Part shown: positions 44,366-49,024 of the stretch, piece after piece
Layout of the letters: each line of letters begins with the position of its first letter
Position numbering within the stretch: the first letter of the stretch is position 1
Origin: an uncultured Candidatus Saccharibacteria bacterium
GTDB taxonomy: Bacteria > Patescibacteriota > Minisyncoccia > Phycocordibacterales > UBA12445
Direction: 5' to 3'
Length of the DNA stretch: 49,024 nt
Assembly: GCA_964531375.1 (NCBI GenBank)
Contig: CAZHDO010000001.1
Location: 262,861-311,884 of the forward strand
Program-made: the position numbers and the translations under genes
The notes under the pieces: model-generated
What the model was told of the DNA's origin: nothing
The model's input: only the letters and a program-made list of their open reading frames with translations
Databases searched by the model: none

Positions 44366-46231
44366 TTATTCGAGTATTGCTTTTATTCTTCTTGTTCCAG
44401 CTGCAACAGCCTCCTCTTTTGCTATTTTAAAATGCCCTAATTCTGATGTATTTTTTACATGAGGTCCTCCGCAAATTTCCTTACTAAAATAATCATCTTT
44501 GGAATTTCCAACTGTATAGACGGTTACAAGATCGGGATATTTTTCTCCAAAAACACCTGTCGCTCCCTCCTTCTTGGCATCCTCTAATGTTAATTCTTCA
44601 GCGGTTATGGGCAGGTTTAATTTTATTTGTTCATTAATTAAATCTTCAACTTTTTTCTTTTCTTCATCTGTCATTTTTTGAGCATTTGGAAAATCAAATC
44701 TTAATCTTTCTGGAGTAATATTACTGCCTTTTTGAAAAACGTGTTCTCCAAGAATTTTTCTGAGTGCTGCATTAAGTAAGTGGGTCGCTGTATGGTACTT
44801 TGTTTCCATCTCAGAATGACCACCAAGCCCCCCTTTGAATTTCTTTTCAGAGCCTGATCTCGAGAGATCTTGATGTTTCTTGAATTCAATCTCAAACGCC
44901 TTCTTGTCTACTGATAGACCTTTTTCTTTTGCCAACTCCTGTGTTATCTCAAATGGAAAACCATAAGTAGAAAATAGTATAAAAGCTTCGTGTCCACTAA
45001 TTTCTTTTGAACCAATTCTTTCAAATATTTTCATCCCGTTTTTTAGTGTCTCTCTGAACTTTAATTCCTCACCTTGAATCTCTCTTGCAATAGAAACTAG
45101 ATTTGTGTTTATGTTATCGTAAACTCCCTTATATTTATCCGCGATCAAAGAAGCAAAAGAAGAAAGAGAACCTTCTCTCATTCCAAGCTTATCAGCGTGT
45201 CTTACAGCCCTCCTTAAAAGTCTTCTTAAAATATAACCTCTTTCTGAATTTGAAGGCACGACTCCGTCAGCAATCATAAAGACAGAGGATCTAATATGAT
45301 CTGCCACAATTCTCATTGAAATTTTATCTTCGCCTTCGTAATTTTTACAAGAAATTATTTTAATTCCCTGAATTAAATCAAAAAATAAATCTATCTCAAA
45401 TATATCGGGATTATCATTTGATGCTGCAACTATTCTTTCTAGGCCACCTCCAAAATCAACATTTCTTTGTGGGAGTCTCTTGAAGGTTCCGTCATCCTTT
45501 TTTTGAAATTCCATAAATACAGAATTTCCTATTTCCATAAATCTTCCACAATCACAATTTGGATGACAATATTTTCCAAATTTTGAGTCGTGCTCGATAT
45601 GTGTAAATTCGTAAAAAATTTCAGAGTCTGGTCCGCCCGGTTCTCCTGCTGGCATATTTACAGGTAGCCCAGAACGGCTCCACCAATTTTTTCTTGAACC
45701 ATAATAAAAAATTCTTCCGCCTTGCATTCCAAGCTCACTGCCTTTTTCTTCTGTAATTAATTCTATATCTTTTGCCTCAATATTTTTTTCTGCAAAAAGT
45801 TTTTTCCAAATAGTGACGGAGTCATTATCAACTTTTGCATTTGCCTCTTTGTCGCCTGCAAAAACTGTAACATAAAGTTTTTCTGGATTTAAGCCAATTT
45901 GATTCGTTAAGAAATCAAATACCCAAGGAAGTTGTTCTTTTTTAAAATAATCACCAAGTGACCAATTTCCAAGCATTTCAAAAAAGGTTGTATGTCTGTT
46001 GTCTCCAATATCGTCTATGTCTTCTGCACGAAAAGATTTTTGTGAATTAGAAAGTCGAACACCCATTGAATGTTTTTCTCCAAGAAGATATGGTACAAGA
46101 GGTTGCATTCCTGAGCTTGTAAAAAGTGTTGTTGGGTCATTTTCTGGTACCAAAGATGCAGAAGAAATTATTGCATGTTCTTTGCTTTTAAAATATTCTA
46201 AATATTTTTTTCTAACTTCATTTGTTGTCAT
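44366..46231 (-). CDS. alaS: Alanine--tRNA ligase lacking the C-Ala domain
   Basis: FTSSGMQ, RHTTFFEMLGNWS, DFGGGLER, editing domain HTATHLL and EICGGPH; ends at GTRRIKAILE. Confidence 0.96.
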   Translation of the reverse strand: MTTNEVRKKYLEYFKSKEHAIISSASLVPENDPTTLFTSSGMQPLVPYLLGEKHSMGVRLSNSQKSFRAEDIDDIGDNRHTTFFEMLGNWSLGDYFKKEQLPWVFDFLTNQIGLNPEKLYVTVFAGDKEANAKVDNDSVTIWKKLFAEKNIEAKDIELITEEKGSELGMQGGRIFYYGSRKNWWSRSGLPVNMPAGEPGGPDSEIFYEFTHIEHDSKFGKYCHPNCDCGRFMEIGNSVFMEFQKKDDGTFKRLPQRNVDFGGGLERIVAASNDNPDIFEIDLFFDLIQGIKIISCKNYEGEDKISMRIVADHIRSSVFMIADGVVPSNSERGYILRRLLRRAVRHADKLGMREGSLSSFASLIADKYKGVYDNINTNLVSIAREIQGEELKFRETLKNGMKIFERIGSKEISGHEAFILFSTYGFPFEITQELAKEKGLSVDKKAFEIEFKKHQDLSRSGSEKKFKGGLGGHSEMETKYHTATHLLNAALRKILGEHVFQKGSNITPERLRFDFPNAQKMTDEEKKKVEDLINEQIKLNLPITAEELTLEDAKKEGATGVFGEKYPDLVTVYTVGNSKDDYFSKEICGGPHVKNTSELGHFKIAKEEAVAAGTRRIKAILE

Positions 46232-46311
46232 AAAGGATTTAATTAATTTTTTAAAAGTATGATAATACTTTCAATACACAATACTGACCAAAATATAGTT
46301 TTATGTCAATT

Positions 46312-46962
46312 TTATAATTGATAATTTACGCTGTTATTTTGAGTGTCACTTGCGTGCTCTTTGATATGCATTACACCGTCAGCAAGCGTTTTTAGTATAA
46401 GAAAGATTGGCAAAGCGCCACCTAAAATAGAACCAAAAATTATTGTAAAGTGCATTGGGATTATTCTTAGGTACGGAAATGTCATCAATGTTTCAAGACT
46501 TTGCTTTTCGACGTCTTTTTTCCTGTTATAAAAATAAGAAAAAAGATGATTGATTAAAAAAATAAAAGCAGATAAAAGAATATAATTAAATTCAGCTGGC
46601 ATTGAAATAGTCCCAACTTCATTTGTGAAAATTCCACTCGATAAAAACATCGCGTATACGAAGTGAAAAAACCCATAATGAAACAGAAAGAAAAACGCCA
46701 TAAAGAAACCCAACCCTCTGTCTAATATTCTTGATAAATTATCCTCTTGATTTTTTGTACCCCCTGTTTCTTTTAATTGAAGTAATTTAATAAAACTAAA
46801 AATACCGATGATTACACTCTGAAACCAATAAACCCACATAATCGTCACCGGATTCCATCCGTCTTTTATCGCAAAGAAAATTGTTTGAAAATTTGATAGC
46901 AATAATAGCCATAAAGATCGGTCATTAAGCAAACTATTTTTAACTTGGTCCTTAAATGTCAT
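46312..46962 (-). CDS. Integral membrane protein (DUF6498-like)
   Basis: IMWVYWFQSVIIG, FFLFHYGFFHFV, PYLRIIPMH. Confidence 0.65.
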   Translation of the reverse strand: MTFKDQVKNSLLNDRSLWLLLLSNFQTIFFAIKDGWNPVTIMWVYWFQSVIIGIFSFIKLLQLKETGGTKNQEDNLSRILDRGLGFFMAFFFLFHYGFFHFVYAMFLSSGIFTNEVGTISMPAEFNYILLSAFIFLINHLFSYFYNRKKDVEKQSLETLMTFPYLRIIPMHFTIIFGSILGGALPIFLILKTLADGVMHIKEHASDTQNNSVNYQL

Positions 46963-47051
46963 TAGTCAAAAGTATATCTTAAAATAAAATAAATTTCGAG
47001 CTTACGGCTTGTTTGTTTCTAAAAGAATAGTATTATGTGTATCGTAATTTT

Positions 47052-47122
47052 GGGCCTATAGTCTAGTGGTACGACGTGGCATTCGCATTGCCAAGGCGTG
47101 GATTCGATTCCCACTAGGTCCA
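47052..47122 (+). tRNA. tRNA-Ala(CGC)
   Basis: Acceptor GGGCCTA/TAGGTCC with G3:U70 and discriminator A; anticodon arm TGGCA-TTCGCAT-TGCCA; T loop TTCGATT. Confidence 0.93.
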
Positions 47123-47232
47123 CAAAAAACAATAATCTCGTCTTAAAATTGACTGTGAAGTTTTATCGTGCTAATAATTATGTTGTTATTTGAACTTTTA
47201 CAAAATAATACAATAACGAGGAGGTGAAAAAA

Positions 47233-47394
47233 ATGCCAGACATGATGAAAGAAAAAAATCAACATACTTGTATTACCGTTAAAGAAATTCAAGAGGTCAA
47301 TAAAGATAAAGATAAAAGATTGTCTCTTTTAAAAAGGGTCTTAGCTGAGAAGTGTTCTTTCTGTATTAGGATGTTTCAAAATGTTTTCCCATGA
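47233..47394 (+). CDS. Small SD-led ORF (53 aa), not in the ORF track
   Basis: TTGACT at 47149, AT-rich -10 near 47172, GGAGGTG at 47220..47226, ORF MPDMMKEKNQHTCITVKEIQEVNKDKDKRLSLLKRVLAEKCSFCIRMFQNVFP, terminator at 47408. Confidence 0.6.
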   Translation: MPDMMKEKNQHTCITVKEIQEVNKDKDKRLSLLKRVLAEKCSFCIRMFQNVFP

Positions 47395-47407
47395 CCTCTC
47401 GCGTTCC

Positions 47408-47438
47408 AATTCCCCAGCCTCAGTCCTGGGGAATTTTT
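47408..47438 (+). terminator. Intrinsic terminator, convergent with uvrC
   Basis: AATTCCCCAG-cctcagtc-CTGGGGAATT followed by Ts. Confidence 0.78.
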
Positions 47439-48639
47439 ATAATTTTCTTAGAGACCTGTGATAAGCTATCGCAAACCTATGTGACTCACTATTTGATAAC
47501 AAAATTTCACTCTCATGTTTTTTTATCAGTTCACTATCGCCTATTATCTTAATTGGCTTATGAAATTCATTCTTGGTAACAGCTACTACTGGTATTTTCA
47601 GCGCAAGCGCGTTAATTACCCCCTCTGCGGTGTTTTTTTGAGCCATAGACCCATCTACTACAATAATATTAGGTAAACGCCATTCTTCGTGAAAAAAGCG
47701 TCTATCGAGCACTTGTTTTAAGTCTGCAGTATCTCCTATTTTTTCTTTAGTTTTCTTTATTTTAAATTTTCGGTAATCCTGCTTCTTAATTTCACCATTT
47801 TCAACGACAGTCATAACCCCCACCCTATCTACATGAGCCAAATGTGAAATATCATATGCTTCGATTCTAAAAATACCCCCATACTCATCTATGTTTTCTT
47901 TCCTCCTTCTAATTAAGGCAATATCTTCTATGTGCTTTAGAGCAAAAATTCTTCTCTTTATAATATTTGCTTCTTCAAACCTTAATTCAGAAGCTAGGCT
48001 GTCCATTTCGCTATTTAGATTTTCTAAAATTTTAGCTTTTTTACCTTCAAAAAATAATTTAATATTTTTAAGATTTGTTAAATAATCTTTTCGTGAAATC
48101 GTATTATTACAAATACCAGGACATAATCCTATCTGCGCCTGAAAACATAATTTTCCTGAATTCGACTGACACTTATCTCTAAACGGAAATATTTTTCTTA
48201 TAACATTCAATGCTTCTTTTAATTCAGATCCGTGCGGAAAAGGACCAAAAGTTTCTTTCGCAAAATTTATATCTTTATTGATTAAATCTTTACCACGTAT
48301 TGCAAGCACACGAGGATATTCTTCTCTCGTTATAGTTACATAAAAATAACTTCTATCATCTTTTTCTCTTGTATTATATTTCGGTTGATGTTTTTTAATA
48401 AGTGCCGACTCAAGAATAAGTGCTTCCAAAACTGAATCTGTTTTTTCAAAACTAATACTTGTTGCCAACTCAACCATATTCACAATTGCCTGCCCCCTAG
48501 TATCAATCACATCCGCACCAAAATAACTCCTCACACGATCCCGCAAAGATGTAGCTTTCCCAATATACAGAATTTCGCTCCCTCTCTTAAAGAAATACAC
48601 CCCAGGAGAATCCGGTAATTTTGTGTCTAATTTATCCAT
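47437..48639 (-). CDS. uvrC: Excinuclease ABC subunit C (short form)
   Basis: LPDSPGVYFF, LYIGKATSLRDRV, EALILES, PKYN, UVR domain LRFEEA, RIEAYDISH, VVDG, ESHRFAI; no HhH tail. Confidence 0.92.
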   Translation of the reverse strand: MDKLDTKLPDSPGVYFFKRGSEILYIGKATSLRDRVRSYFGADVIDTRGQAIVNMVELATSISFEKTDSVLEALILESALIKKHQPKYNTREKDDRSYFYVTITREEYPRVLAIRGKDLINKDINFAKETFGPFPHGSELKEALNVIRKIFPFRDKCQSNSGKLCFQAQIGLCPGICNNTISRKDYLTNLKNIKLFFEGKKAKILENLNSEMDSLASELRFEEANIIKRRIFALKHIEDIALIRRRKENIDEYGGIFRIEAYDISHLAHVDRVGVMTVVENGEIKKQDYRKFKIKKTKEKIGDTADLKQVLDRRFFHEEWRLPNIIVVDGSMAQKNTAEGVINALALKIPVVAVTKNEFHKPIKIIGDSELIKKHESEILLSNSESHRFAIAYHRSLRKL

Positions 48640-48704
48640 TACTGTCAATTAATACAAATAAATGCATATTGTGCAATATTATCTCACTGTACCCACTTTT
48701 CCCT

Positions 48705-48850
48705 TTGTCATTCCGGGCCTGACCCGGAATCCATAATACCTGAGAGTTAGGTGAGATGAATCCACCGGATCCAGGATCTACCACAAGGGCACTTCTTGTT
48801 TACCAATTCGCTTCGCTCGCAAGTAAACAAAGTCGAATCCGGGATGACAA
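48705..48850. repeat. Palindromic REP/RPE-like element with a nested hairpin
   Basis: Ends TTGTCATTCCGG / CCGGGATGACAA; internal TTCCGGG-cctga-CCCGGAA; nested TTGTTTAC...GCTTCGCTCGC...GTAAACAA. Confidence 0.75.
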
Positions 48851-48923
48851 ACACAGGAGTTAATGGAAAAACCCTATATTTATTGGTTATTTTGTCGTAT
48901 TTGGGGTTTTAAAAGTAGAATAC

Positions 48924-48952
48924 TTGACAAATAGGTTATATTGTGCTAGACT
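48924..48952 (+). promoter_or_regulatory. Near-consensus sigma-70 promoter pointing out of the window
   Basis: TTGACA-N17-TAGACT with a TG extended -10. Confidence 0.7.
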
Positions 48953-49024
48953 AAAAAAGTAATAAGTTCCCTCTCGCTACCCCCGAAGTAGGACACCCTC
49001 TGTTAATAATCTATAATACTCTGT

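Noticed and set aside
146-48085. The many 60-170 aa ORFs antisense to or nested in long genes (e.g. 1199..1606, 6675..7001, 16386..16865, 38689..39141, 40333..40836)
   Set aside because: They fully overlap well-supported genes on the opposite strand or frame, and have the Ser/Phe/Leu-rich composition expected of shadow frames.
48960-49024. Possible ncRNA or leader after the strong promoter
   Set aside because: It is truncated by the window edge and shows no recognisable structure or family motif.

Overview
This AT-rich window reads like a Patescibacteria (CPR, probably Parcubacteria-like) chromosome; that assignment is an inference from the C-terminally shortened AlaS, UvrC, DnaX and TruB, the lack of Shine-Dalgarno motifs on ribosomal-protein genes, and the typical gene neighbourhoods. 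Almost all genes lie on the minus strand. Core content: asnS, argS, alaS, dnaX, dusB, truB, rlmB, mltG, pepF, dinB, uvrC, a PIF1-like helicase, the infA-rpmJ-rpsM-rpsK-rpsD-rpoA-rplQ-rplM-rpsI operon, tRNA-Gln(TTG) and tRNA-Ala(CGC). Accessory content: an ECF sigma / MacAB-like exporter locus, a flavinylation redox cluster (FMN-binding protein, ApbE, RnfD-like/FNR fusion), three HExxH proteins, and a cluster of nucleotide house-cleaning enzymes around tRNA-Gln. No integrase, transposase, reverse transcriptase or CRISPR array was seen. The most notable structures are: (1) a four-helix-bundle gene between argS and dnaX whose two intergenic spacers are inverted arms of 8-bp tandem repeats; (2) an orphan gene ending in a diverged in-frame copy of the asnS 3' end; (3) a ~200-bp structured insert bracketed by a duplicated tRNA-Gln 3' end; (4) a split between apparently leaderless genes and self-contained SD-led orphan units, several of which carry one-base slips in A-runs. 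All alignments and counts were done by eye.
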